This document shows positions 12,801 to 26,300 of a DNA stretch of 64,000 bases, piece after piece. Position 1 is the stretch's first letter. Each line of letters begins with the position of its first letter. The notes under the pieces are model-generated. The model was not told where the DNA came from, did not search any database, and worked only from the letters and a program-made list of their open reading frames with translations. The position numbers and the translations under genes are program-made. Source of the DNA: Auanema rhodensis. Its lineage: Eukaryota; Animalia; Nematoda. Location of the stretch: positions 22,878,001 to 22,942,000 of the forward strand of contig OZ059894.1 in NCBI GenBank assembly GCA_964057225.1, in the 5' to 3' direction.

Positions 12801-15800
12801 GAATAATTTAGCAAAAAGTAGATGTTTTTAGATTCCTTTTTTCAAGGCAAAGACGATGGTCAATGTTATTCAACGAAAAAATCAATTCTTCAGGGTGAAA
12901 ATCGAGGATATAAGTGTGAACTTATATCAGTTGATATCTCGGTGCATTTTTAAGCTAGCGCAAATCTGATAACACAGATCGACGCAGCTTAAAAATCCGC
13001 ATCGAATGCACTATACTACATTAAGAAACGCTTAATACAAAAATTAGTTATGATCGTTTGAAAAATGATGCATTAGTGTATGTTGAGTTTCCATGTACAC
13101 TCAACATTGCTTCCAAAAACATTTTGACAAAAATTTTTTCGAAAAATTTCAAAATAATTTAGCAAAAAGTAGATGTTTTTAGATTCCTTTTTTCAAGGCA
13201 AAGACGATGGACAATGTTATTCAACGAAAAAATTAATTCTTCAGGGTGAAAATCGAGGATATAAGTGTGAACTTATATCAGTTGATATCTCGGTGCATTT
13301 TTAAGCTAGCGCAAATCTGATAACACAGATCGACGCAGCTTAAAAATCCGCATCGAATGCACTATACTACATTAAGAAACGCTCAATACAAGAATTAGTT
13401 ATGATCGTTTGAAAAATGATGCATTAGTGTATGTTGAGTTTCCATGTACACTCAACATTGCTTCCAAAAACATTTTGACAAAAATTTTTTCGAAAAATTT
13501 CAAAATAATTTAGCAAAAAGTAGATGTTTTTAGATTCCTTTTTTCAAGGCAAAGACGATGGACAATGTTATTCAACGAAAAAATTAATTCTTCAGGGTGA
13601 AAATCGAGGATATAAGTGTGAACTTATATCAGTTGATATCTCGGTGCATTTTTAAGCTAGCGCAAATCTGATAACACAGATCGACGCAGCTTAAAAATCC
13701 GCATCGAATGCACTATACTACATTAAGAAACGCTCAATACAAGAATTAGTTATGATCGTTTGAAAAATGATGCATTAGTGTATGTTGAGTTTCCATGTAC
13801 ACTCAACATTGCTTCCAAAAACATTTTGACAAAAATTTTTTCGAAAAATTTCAGAATAATTTAGCAAAAAGTAGATGTTTTTAGATTCCTTTTTTCAAGG
13901 CAAAGACGATGGTCAATGTTATTCAACGAAAAAATCAATTCTTCAGGGTGAAAATCGAGGATATAAGTGTGAACTTATATCAGTTGATATCTCGGTGCAT
14001 TTTTAAGCTAGCGCAAATCTGATAACACAGATCGACGCAGCTTAAAAATCCGCATCGAATGCACTATACTACATTAAGAAACGCTTAATACAAAAATTAG
14101 TTATGATCGTTTGAAAAATGATGCATTAGTGTATGTTGAGTTTCCATGTACACTCAACATTGCTTCCAAAAACATTTTGACAAAAATTTTTTCGAAAAAT
14201 TTCAAAATAATTTAGCAAAAAGTAGATGTTTTTAGATTCCTTTTTTCAAGGCAAAGACGATGGACAATGTTATTCAACGAAAAAATTAATTCTTCAGGGT
14301 GAAAATCGAGGATATAAGTGTGAACTTATATCAGTTGATATCTCGGTGCATTTTTAAGCTAGCGCAAATCTGATAACACAGATCGACGCAGCTTAAAAAT
14401 CCGCATCGAATGCACTATACTACATTAAGAAACGCTCAATACAAGAATTAGTTATGATCGTTTGAAAAATGATGCATTAGTGTATGTTGAGTTTCCATGT
14501 ACACTCAACATTGCTTCCAAAAACATTTTGACAAAAATTTTTTCGAAAAATTTCAGAATAATTTAGCAAAAAGTAGATGTTTTTAGATTCCTTTTTTCAA
14601 GGCAAAGACGATGGTCAATGTTATTCAACGAAAAAATCAATTCTTCAGGGTGAAAATCGAGGATATAAGTGTGAACTTATATCAGTTGATATCTCGGTGC
14701 ATTTTTAAGCTAGCGCAAATCTGATAACACAGATCGACGCAGCTTAAAAATCCGCATCGAATGCACTATACTACATTAAGAAACGCTTAATACAAAAATT
14801 AGTTATGATCGTTTGAAAAATGATGCATTAGTGTATGTTGAGTTTCCATGTACACTCAACATTGCTTCCAAAAACATTTTGACAAAAATTTTTTCGAAAA
14901 ATTTCAGAATAATTTAGCAAAAAGTAGATGTTTTTAGATTCCTTTTTTCAAGGCAAAGACGATGGTCAATGTTATTCAACGAAAAAATCAATTCTTCAGG
15001 GTGAAAATCGAGGATATAAGTGTGAACTTATATCAGTTGATATCTCGGTGCATTTTTAAGCTAGCGCAAATCTGATAACACAGATCGACGCAGCTTAAAA
15101 ATCCGCATCGAATGCACTATACTACATTAAGAAACGCTTAATACAAAAATTAGTTATGATCGTTTGAAAAATGATGCATTAGTGTATGTTGAGTTTCCAT
15201 GTACACTCAACATTGCTTCCAAAAACATTTTGACAAAAATTTTTTCGAAAAATTTCAAAATAATTTAGCAAAAAGTAGATGTTTTTAGATTCCTTTTTTC
15301 AAGGCAAAGACGATGGACAATGTTATTCAACGAAAAAATTAATTCTTCAGGGTGAAAATCGAGGATATAAGTGTGAACTTATATCAGTTGATATCTCGGT
15401 GCATTTTTAAGCTAGCGCAAATCTGATAACACAGATCGACGCAGCTTAAAAATCCGCATCGAATGCACTATACTACATTAAGAAACGCTCAATACAAAAA
15501 TTAGTTATGATCGTTTGAAAAATGATGCATTAGTGTATGTTGAGTTTCCATGTACACTCAACATTGCTTCCAAAAACATTTTGACAAAAATTTTTTCGAA
15601 AAATTTCAGAATAATTTAGCAAAAAGTAGATGTTTTTAGATTCCATTTTTCAAGGCAAAGACGATGGACAATGTTATTCAACGAAAAAATCAATTCTTCA
15701 GGGTGAAAATCGAGGATATAAGTGTGAACTTATATCAGTTGATATCTCGGTGCATTTTTAAGCTAGCGCAAATCTGATAACACAGATCGACGCAGCTTAA

Positions 15801-18800
15801 CAATCCGCATCGAATGCACTATACTACATTGAAAAACGCTTAATACAAAAATTAGTTATGATCGTTTGAAAAATGATGCATTAGTGTATGTTGAGTTTCC
15901 ATGTACACTCAACATTGCTTCCAAAAACATTTTGACAAAAATTTTTTCGAAAAATTTCAGAATAATTTAGCAAAAAGTAGATGTTTTTAGATTCCTTTTT
16001 TCAAGGCAAAGACGATGGTCAATGTTATTCAACGAAAAAATCAATTCTTCAGGGTGAAAATCAAGGATATAAGTGTGAACTTATATCAGTTGATATCTCG
16101 GTGCATTTTTAAGCTAGCGCAAATCTGATAACACAGATCGACGCAGCTTAAAAATCCGCATCGAATGCACTATACTACATTAAGAAACGCTTAATACAAA
16201 AATTAGTTATGATCGTTTGAAAAATGATGCATTAGTGTATGTTGAGTTTCCATGTACACTCAACATTGCTTCCAAAAACATTTTGACAAAAATTTTTTCG
16301 AAAAATTTCAGAATAATTTAGCAAAAAGTAGATGTTTTTAGATTCCATTTTTCAAGGCAAAGACGATGGACAATGTTATTCAACGAAAAAATCAATTCTT
16401 CAGGGTGAAAATCGAGGATATAAGTGTGAACTTATATCAGTTGATATCTCGGTGCATTTTTAAGCTAGCGCAAATCTGATAACACAGATCGACGCAGCTT
16501 AAAAATCCGCATCGAATGCACTATACTACATTAAGAAACGCTTAATACAAAAATTAGTTATGATCGTTTGAAAAATGATGCATTAGTGTATGTTGAGTTT
16601 CCATGTACACTCAACATTGCTTCCAAAAACATTTTGACAAAAATTTTTTCGAAAAATTTCAGAATAATTCAGCAAAAAGTAGATGATTTTAGATTCCATT
16701 TTTCAAAGCAAAGACGATGAACAATGTTATTCAACGAAAAAATTAATTCTTCAGGGTGAAAATCGAGGATATAAGTGTGAACTTATATCAGTTGATATCT
16801 CGGTGCATTTTTAAGCTAGCGCAAATCTGATAACACAGATCGACGCAGCTTAACAATCCGCATCGAATGCACTATACTACATTGAAAAACGCTTAATACA
16901 AAAATTAGTTATGATCGTTTGAAAAATGATGCATTAGTGTATGTTGAGTTTCCATGTACACTCAACATTGCTTCCAAAAACATTTTGACAAAAATTTTTT
17001 CGAAAAATTTCAGAATAATTTAGCAAAAAGTAGATGTTTTTAGATTCCATTTTTCAAGGCAAAGACGATGGACAATGTTATTCAACGAAAAAATCAATTC
17101 TTCAGGGTGAAAATCGAGGATATAAGTGTGAACTTATATCAGTTGATATCTCGGTGCATTTTTAAGCTAGCGCAAATCTGATAACACAGAACGACGCAGC
17201 TTAAAAATCCGCATCGAATGCACTATACTACATTGAGAAACGCTTAATACAAAAATTAGTTATGATCGTTTGAAAAATGATGCATTAGTGTATGTTGAGT
17301 TTCCATGTACACTCAACATTGCTTCCAAAAACATTTTGACAAAAATTTTTTCGAAAAATTTCAGAATAATTCAGCAAAAAGTAGATGATTTTAGATTCCA
17401 TTTTTCAAGGCAAAGACGATGAACAATGTTATTCAACGAAAAAATTAATTCTTCAGGGTGAAAATCGAGGATATAAGTGTGAACTTATATCAGTTGATAT
17501 CTCGGTGCATTTTTAAGCTAGCGCAAATCTGATAACACAGATCGACGCAGCTTAACAATCCGCATCGAATGCACTATACTACATTGAAAAACGCTTAATA
17601 CAAAAATTAGTTATGATCGTTTGAAAAATGATGCATTAGTGTATGTTGAGTTTCCATGTACACTCAACATTGCTTCCAAAAACATTTTGACAAAAATTTT
17701 TTCGAAAAATTTCAGAATAATTTAGCAAAAAGTAGATGTTTTTAGATTCCATTTTTCAAGGCAAAGACGATGGACAATGTTATTCAACGAAAAAATCAAT
17801 TCTTCAGGGTGAAAATCGAGGATATAAGTGTGAACTTATATCAGTTGATATCTCGGTGCATTTTTAAGCTAGCGCAAATCTGATAACACAGAACGACGCA
17901 GCTTAAAATTCCGCATCGAATGCACTATACTACATTGAGAAACGCTTAATACAAAAATTAGTTATGATCGTTTGAAAAATGATGCATTAGTGTATGTTGA
18001 GTTTCCATGTACACTCAACATTGCTTCCAAAAACATTTTGACAAAAATTTTTTCGAGAAATTTCAAAATAATTTAGCAAAAAGTGGATGTTTTTAGATTC
18101 CTTTTTTCAAGGCAAAGACGATGGACAATGTTATTCAACGAAAAAATTAATTCTTCAGGGTGAAAATCGAGGATATAAGTGTGAACTTATATCAGTTGAT
18201 ATCTCGGTGCATTTTTAAGCTAGCGCAAATCTGATAACACAGATCGACGCAGCTTAAAAATCCGCATCGAATGCACTATACTACATTGAGAAACGATTAA
18301 TACAAAAATTAGTTATGATCGTTTGAAAAATGATGCATTAGTGTATGTTGAGTTTCCATGTACACTCAACATTGCTTCCAAAAACATTTTGACAAAAATT
18401 TTTTCGAAAAATTTCAGAATAATTTAGCAAAAAGTAGATGTTTTTAGATTCCTTTTTTCAAGGCAAAGACGATGGACAATGTTATTCAACGAAAAAATCA
18501 ATTCTTCAGGGTGAAAATCGAGGATATAAGTGTGAACTTATATCAGTTGATATCTCGGTGCATTTTTAAGCTAGCGCAAATCTGATAACACAGATCGACG
18601 CAGCTTAAAAATCCGCATCGAATGCACTATACTACATTAAGAAACGCTTAATACAAAAATTAGTTATGATCGTTTGAAAAATGATGCATTAGTGTATGTT
18701 GAGTTTCCATGTACACTCAACATTGCTTCCAAAAACATTTTGACAAAAATTTTTTCGAAAAATTTCAAAATAATTTTGCAAAAAGTAGATGTTTTTGGAT

Positions 18801-20007
18801 TCCTTTTTTCAAGGCAAAGACGATGGACAATGTTATTCAACGAAAAAATTATTTCTTCAGGGTGAAAATCGAGGATATAAGTGTGAACTTATATCAGTTG
18901 ATATCTCGGTGCATTTTTAAGCTAGCGCAAATCTGATAACACAGATCGACGCAGCTTAACATTCAGCATCGAATGCACTATACTACATTGAGAAACGCTT
19001 CATTCAAAAATTAGTTATGATCCTTTGAAAAATGATGCATTAGTGTATGTTGAGTTTCCATGTACACTCAACATTGCTTCCAAAAACATTTTGACAAAAA
19101 TTTTTTCGAAAAATTTCAAGATAATTTAGCAAAAAGTAGATGTTTTTAGATTCCATTTTTCAAGGCAAAGACGATGGACAATGTTATTCAACGAAAAAAT
19201 TAATTCTTCAGGGTGAAAATCGAGGATATAAGTGTGAACTTATATCAGTTGATATCTCGGTGAATTTTTAAGCTAGCGCAAATCGGATAACACAGATCGA
19301 CGCAGCTTAAAAATTCGCATCGAATGCACTATACTACATTGAGAAACGCTCAATACAAAAATTAGTTATGATTGTTTGAAAAATGATGCATTAGTGTATG
19401 TTGAGTTTCCATGTACACTCAACATTGCTTCCAAAAACATTTTGACAAAAAGTTTTTCGAAAAATTTCAGAATAATTTAGCAAAAAGTAGATGTTTTTAG
19501 ATTCCTTTTTTCAAGGCAAAGACGATGGTCAATGTTATTCAACGAAAAAATCAATTCTTCAGGGTGAAAATCGAGGATATAAGTGTGAACTTATATCAGT
19601 TGATATCTCGGTGCATTTTTAAGCTAGCGCAAATCTGATAACACAGATCGACGCAGCTTAAAAATCCGCATCGAATGCACTATACTACATTGAGAAACGC
19701 TTAATACAAAAATTAGTTATGATCGTTTGAAAAATGATGCATTAGTGTATGTTGAGTTTCCATGTACACTCAACATTGCTTCCAAAAACATTTTGACAAA
19801 AATTTTTTCGAAAAATTTCATAATAATTTAGCAAAAAGTAGATGTTTTTAGATTCCATTTTTCAAGGCAAAGACGATGGACAATGTTATTCAACGAAAAA
19901 ATTAATTCTTCAGGGTGAAAATCGAGGATATAAGTGTGAACTTATATCAGTTGATATCTCGGTGCATTTTTAAGCTAGCGCAAATCTGATAACACAGATC
20001 GACGCAG

Positions 20008-20359
20008 CTTAAAAATCCGCATCGAATGCACTAACACTACATTGAGAAACGCTTAATACAAAAATTAGTTATGATCGTTTGAAAAATGATGCATTAGTGT
20101 ATGTTGAGTTTCCATGTACACTCAACATTGCTTCCAAAAACATTTTGACAAAAATTTTTTCGAAAAATTTCATAATAATTTAGCAAAAAGTAGATGTTTT
20201 TAGATTCCATTTTTCAAGGCAAAGACGATGGACAATGTTATTCAACGAAAAAATTAATTCTTCAGGGTGAAAATCGAGGATATAAGTGTGAACTTATATC
20301 AGTTGATATCTCGGTGAATTTTTAAGCTAGCGCAAATCTGATAACACAGATCGACGCAG
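20008..20359 (+). repeat. 352-bp monomer M58 with a net +1 change
   Basis: gcactaacactac replaces gcactatactac near 20034, and all downstream unit starts shift by +1. Confidence 0.95.
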
Positions 20360-23300
20360 CTTAACATTCAGCATCGAATGCACTATACTACATTGAGAAA
20401 CGCTTAATACAAAAATTAGTTATGATCGTTTGAAAAATGATGCATTAGTGTATGTTGAGTTTCCATGTACACTCAACATTGCTTCCAAAAACATTTTGAC
20501 AAAAATTTTTTCGAAAAATTTCAGAATAATTTAGCAAAAAGTAGATGTTTTTAGATTTCTTTTTTCAAGGCAAAGACGATGGTCAATGTTATTCAACGAA
20601 AAAATCAATTCTTCAGGGTGAAAATCGAGGATATAAGTGTGAACTTATATCAGTTGATATCTCGGTGCATTTTTAAGCTAGCGCAAATCTGATAACACAG
20701 ATCGACGCAGCTTAAAAATCCGCATCGAATGCACTATACTACATTAAGAAACGCTTAATACAAAAATTAGTTATGATCATTTGAAAAATGATGCATTAGT
20801 GTATGTTGAGTTTCCATGTACACTCAACATTGCTTCCAAAAACATTTTGACAAAAATTTTTTCGAAAAATTTCAGAATAATTTAGCAAAAAGTAGATGTT
20901 TTTAGATTCCATTTTTCAAGGCAAAGACGATGGACAATGTTATTCAACGAAAAAATCAATTCTTCAGGGTGAAAATCGAGGATATAAGTGTGAACTTATA
21001 TCAGTTGATATCTCGGTGCATTTTTAAGCTAGCGCAAATCTGATAACACAGATCGACGCAGCTTAACAATCCGCATCGAATGCACTATACTACATTGAAA
21101 AACGCTTAATACAAAAATTAGTTATAATCGTTTGAAAAATGATGCATTAGTGTATGTTGAGTTTCCATGTACACTCAACATTGCTTCCAAAAACATTTTG
21201 ACAAAAATTTTTTCGAAAAATTTTAGAATAATTTAGCAAAAAGTAGATGTTTTTAGATTCCTTTTTTCAAGGCAAAGACGATGGTCAATGTTATTCAACG
21301 AAAAAATCAATTCTTCAGGGTGAAAATCGAGGATATAAGTGTGAACTTATATCAGTTGATATCTCGGTGCATTTTTAAGCTAGCGCAAATCTGATAACAC
21401 AGATCGACGCAGCTTAAAAATCCGCATCGAATGCACTATACTACATTAAGAAACGCTTAATACAAAAATTAGTTATGATCGTTTGAAAAATGATGCATTA
21501 GTGTATGTTGAGTTTCCATGTACACTCAACATTGCTTCCAAAAACATTTTGACAAAAATTTTTTCGAAAAATTTCAGAATAATTCAGCAAAAAGTAGATG
21601 ATTTTAGATTTCATTTTTCAAGGCAAAGACGATGGACAATGTTATTCAACGAAAAAATCAATTCTTCAGGGTGAAAATCGAGGATATAAGTGTGAACTTA
21701 TATCAGTTGATATCTCGGTGCATTTTTAAGCTAGCGCAAATCTGATAACACAGATCGACGCAGCTTAAAAATCCGCATCGAATGCACTATACTACATTAA
21801 GAAACGCTTAATACAAAAATTAGTTATGATCGTTTGAAAAATGATGCATTAGTGTATGTTGAGTTTCCATGTACACTCAACATTGCTTCCAAAAACATTT
21901 TGACAAAAATTTTTTCGAAAAATTTTAGAATAATTTAGCAAAAAGTAGATGTTTTTAGATTCCTTTTTTCAAGGCAAAGACGATGGACAATGTTATTCAA
22001 CGAAAAAATCAATTCTTCAGGGTGAAAATCGAGGATATAAGTGTGAACTTATATCAGTTGATATCTCGGTGCATTTTTAAGCTAGCGCAAATCTGATAAC
22101 ACAGATCGACGCAGCTTAACAATCCGCATCGAATGCACTATACTACATTGAAAAACGCTTAATACAAAAATTAGTTATAATCGTTTGAAAAATGATGCAT
22201 TAGTGTATGTTGAGTTTCCATGTACACTCAACATTGCTTCCAAAAACATTTTGACAAAAATTTTTTCGAAAAATTTTAGAATAATTTAGCAGAAAGTAGA
22301 TGTTTTTAGATTCCTTTTTTCAAGGCAAAGACGATGGTCAATGTTATTCAACGAAAAAATCAATTCTTCAGGGTGAAAATCGAGGATATAAGTGTGAACT
22401 TATATCAGTTGATATCTCGGTGCATTTTTAAGCTAGCGCAAATCTGATAACACAGATCGACGCAGCTTAAAAATCCGCATCGAATGCACTATACTACATT
22501 AAGAAACGCTTAATACAAAAATTAGTTATGATCGTTTGAAAAATGATGCATTAGTGTATGTTGAGTTTCCATGTACACTCAACATTGCTTCCAAAAACAT
22601 TTTGACAAAAATTTTTTCGAAAAATTTCAGAATAATTCAGCAAAAAGTAGATGATTTTAGATTTCATTTTTCAAGGCAAAGACGATGGACAATGTTATTC
22701 AACGAAAAAATCAATTCTTCAGGGTGAAAATCGAGGATATAAGTGTGAACTTATATCAGTTGATATCTCGGTGCATTTTTAAGCTAGCGCAAATCTGATA
22801 ACACAGATCGACGCAGCTTAAAAATCCGCATCGAATGCACTATACTACATTAAGAAACGCTTAATACAAAAATTAGTTATGATCGTTTGAAAAATGATGC
22901 ATTAGTGTATGTTGAGTTTCCATGTACACTCAACATTGCTTCCAAAAACATTTTGACAAAAATTTTTTCGAAAAATTTTAGAATAATTTAGCAAAAAGTA
23001 GATGTTTTTAGATTCCTTTTTTCAAGGCAAAGACGATGGTCAATGTTATTCAACGAAAAAATCAATTCTTCAGGGTGAAAATCGAGGATATAAGTGTGAA
23101 CTTATATCAGTTGATATCTCGGTGCATTTTTAAGCTAGCGCAAATCTGATAACACAGATCGACGCAGCTTAAAAATCCGCATCGAATGCACTATACTACA
23201 TTAAGAAACGCTTAATACAAAAATTAGTTATGATCGTTTGAAAAATGATGCATTAGTGTATGTTGAGTTTCCATGTACACTCAACATTGCTTCCAAAAAC

Positions 23301-26300
23301 ATTTTGACAAAAATTTTTTCGAAAAATTTCAGAATAATTCAGCAAAAAGTAGATGATTTTAGATTTCATTTTTCAAGGCAAAGACGATGGACAATGTTAT
23401 TCAACGAAAAAATCAATTCTTCAGGGTGAAAATCGAGGATATAAGTGTGAACTTATATCAGTTGATATCTCGGTGCATTTTTAAGCTAGCGCAAATCTGA
23501 TAACACAGATCGACGCAGCTTAAAAATCCGCATCGAATGCACTATACTACATTAAGAAACGCTTAATACAAAAATTAGTTATGATCGTTTGAAAAATGAT
23601 GCATTAGTGTATGTTGAGTTTCCATGTACACTCAACATTGCTTCCAAAAACATTTTGACAAAAATTTTTTCGAAAAATTTCAGAATAATTCAGCAAAAAG
23701 TAGATGATTTTAGATTCCATTTTTCCAGGCAAAGACGATGAACAATGTTATTCAACGAAAAAATTAATTCTTCAGGGTGAAAATCGAGGATATAAGTGTG
23801 AACTTATATCAGTTGATATCTCGGTGCATTTTTAAGCTAGCGCAAATCTGATAACACAGATCGACGCAGCTTAACAATCCGCATCGAATGCACTATACTA
23901 CATTGAAAAACGCTTAATACAAAAATTAGTTATGATCGTTTGAAAAATGATGCTTTAGTGTATGTTGAGTTTCCATGTACACTCAACATTGCTTCCAAAA
24001 ACATTTTGACAAAAATTTTTTCGAAAAATTTCAGAATAATTTAGCAAAAAGTAGATGTTTTTAGATTCCATTTTTCAAGGCAAAGACGATGGACAATGTT
24101 ATTCAACGAAAAAATCAATTCTTCAGGGTGAAAATCGAGGATATAAGTGTGAACTTATATCAGTTGATATCTCGGTGCATTTTTAAGCTAGCGCAAATCT
24201 GATAACACAGATCGACGCAGCTTAAAAATCCGCATCGAATGCACTATACTACATTGAGAAACGATTAATACAAAAATTAGTTATGATCGTTTGAAAAATG
24301 ATGCATTAGTGTATGTTGAGTTTCCATGTACACTCAACATTGCTTCCAAAAACATTTTGACAAAAATTTTTTCGAAAAATTTCAGAATAATTTAGCAAAA
24401 AGTAGATGTTTTTAGATTCCATTTTTCAAGGCAAAGACGATGGACAATGTTATTCAACGAAAAAATCAATTCTTCAGGGTGAAAATCGAGGATATAAGTG
24501 TGAACTTATATCAGTTGATATCTCGGTGCATTTTTAAGCTAGCGCAAATCTGATAACACAGATCGACGCAGCTTAAAAATCCGCATCGAATGCACTATAC
24601 TACATTAAGAAACGCTTAATACAAAAATTAGTTATGATCGTTTGAAAAATGATGCATTAGTGTATGTTGAGTTTCCATGTACACTCAACATTGCTTCCAA
24701 AAACATTTTGACAAAAATTTTTTCGAAAAATTTCAGAATAATTTAGCAAAAAGTAGATGTTTTTAGATTCCTTTTTTCAAGGCAAAGACGATGGTCAATG
24801 TTATTCAACGAAAAAATCAATTCTTCAGGGTGAAAATCGAGGATATAAGTGTGTACTTATATCAGTTGATATCTCGGTGCATTTTTAAGCTAGCGCAAAT
24901 CTGATAACACAGATCGACGCAGCTTAAAAATCCGCATCGAATGCACTATACTACATTAAGAAACGCTTAATACAAAAATTAGTTATGATCGTTTGAAAAA
25001 TGATGCATTAGTGTATGTTGAGTTTCCATGTACACTCAACATTGCTTCCAAAAACATTTTGACAAAAATTTTTTCGAAAAATTTCAGAATAATTTAGCAA
25101 AAAGTAGATGTTTTTAGATTCCATTTTTCAAGGCAAAGACGATGGACAATGTTATTCAACGAAAAAATCAATTCTTCAGGGTGAAAATCGAGGATATAAG
25201 TGTGAACTTATATCAGTTGATATCTCGGTGCATTTTTAAGCTAGCGCAAATCTGATAACACAGATCGACGCAGCTTAACAATCCGCATCGAATGCACTAT
25301 ACTACATTGAAAAACGCTTAATACAAAAATTAGTTATGATCGTTTGAAAAATGATGCATTAGTGTATGTTGAGTTTCCATGTACACTCAACATTGCTTCC
25401 AAAAACATTTTGACAAAAATTTTTTCGAAAAATTTTAGAATAATTTAGCAAAAAGTAGATGTTTTTAGATTCCTTTTTTCAAGGCAAAGACGATGGTCAA
25501 TGTTATTCAACGAAAAAATCAATTCTTCAGGGTGAAAATCGAGGATATAAGTGTGAACTTATATCAGTTGATATCTCGGTGCATTTTTAAGCTAGCGCAA
25601 ATCTGATAACACAGATCGACGCAGCTTAAAAATCCGCATCGAATGCACTATACTACATTAAGAAACGCTTAATACAAAAATTAGTTATGATCGTTTGAAA
25701 AATGATGCATTAGTGTATGTTGAGTTTCCATGTACACTCAACATTGCTTCCAAAAACATTTTGACAAAAATTTTTTCGAAAAATTTCAGAATAATTCAGC
25801 AAAAAGTAGATGATTTTAGATTTCATTTTTCAAGGCAAAGACGATGGACAATGTTATTCAACGAAAAAATCAATTCTTCAGGGTGAAAATCGAGGATATA
25901 AGTGTGAACTTATATCAGTTGATATCTCGGTGCATTTTTAAGCTAGCGCAAATCTGATAACACAGATCGACGCAGCTTAAAAATCCGCATCGAATGCACT
26001 ATACTACATTAAGAAACGCTTAATACAAAAATTAGTTATGATCGTTTGAAAAATGATGCATTAGTGTATGTTGAGTTTCCATGTACACTCAACATTGCTT
26101 CCAAAAACATTTTGACAAAAATTTTTTCGAAAAATTTCAGAATAATTCAGCAAAAAGTAGATGATTTTAGATTTCATTTTTCAAGGCAAAGACGATGGAC
26201 AATGTTATTCAACGAAAAAATCAATTCTTCAGGGTGAAAATCGAGGATATAAGTGTGAACTTATATCAGTTGATATCTCGGTGCATTTTTAAGCTAGCGC

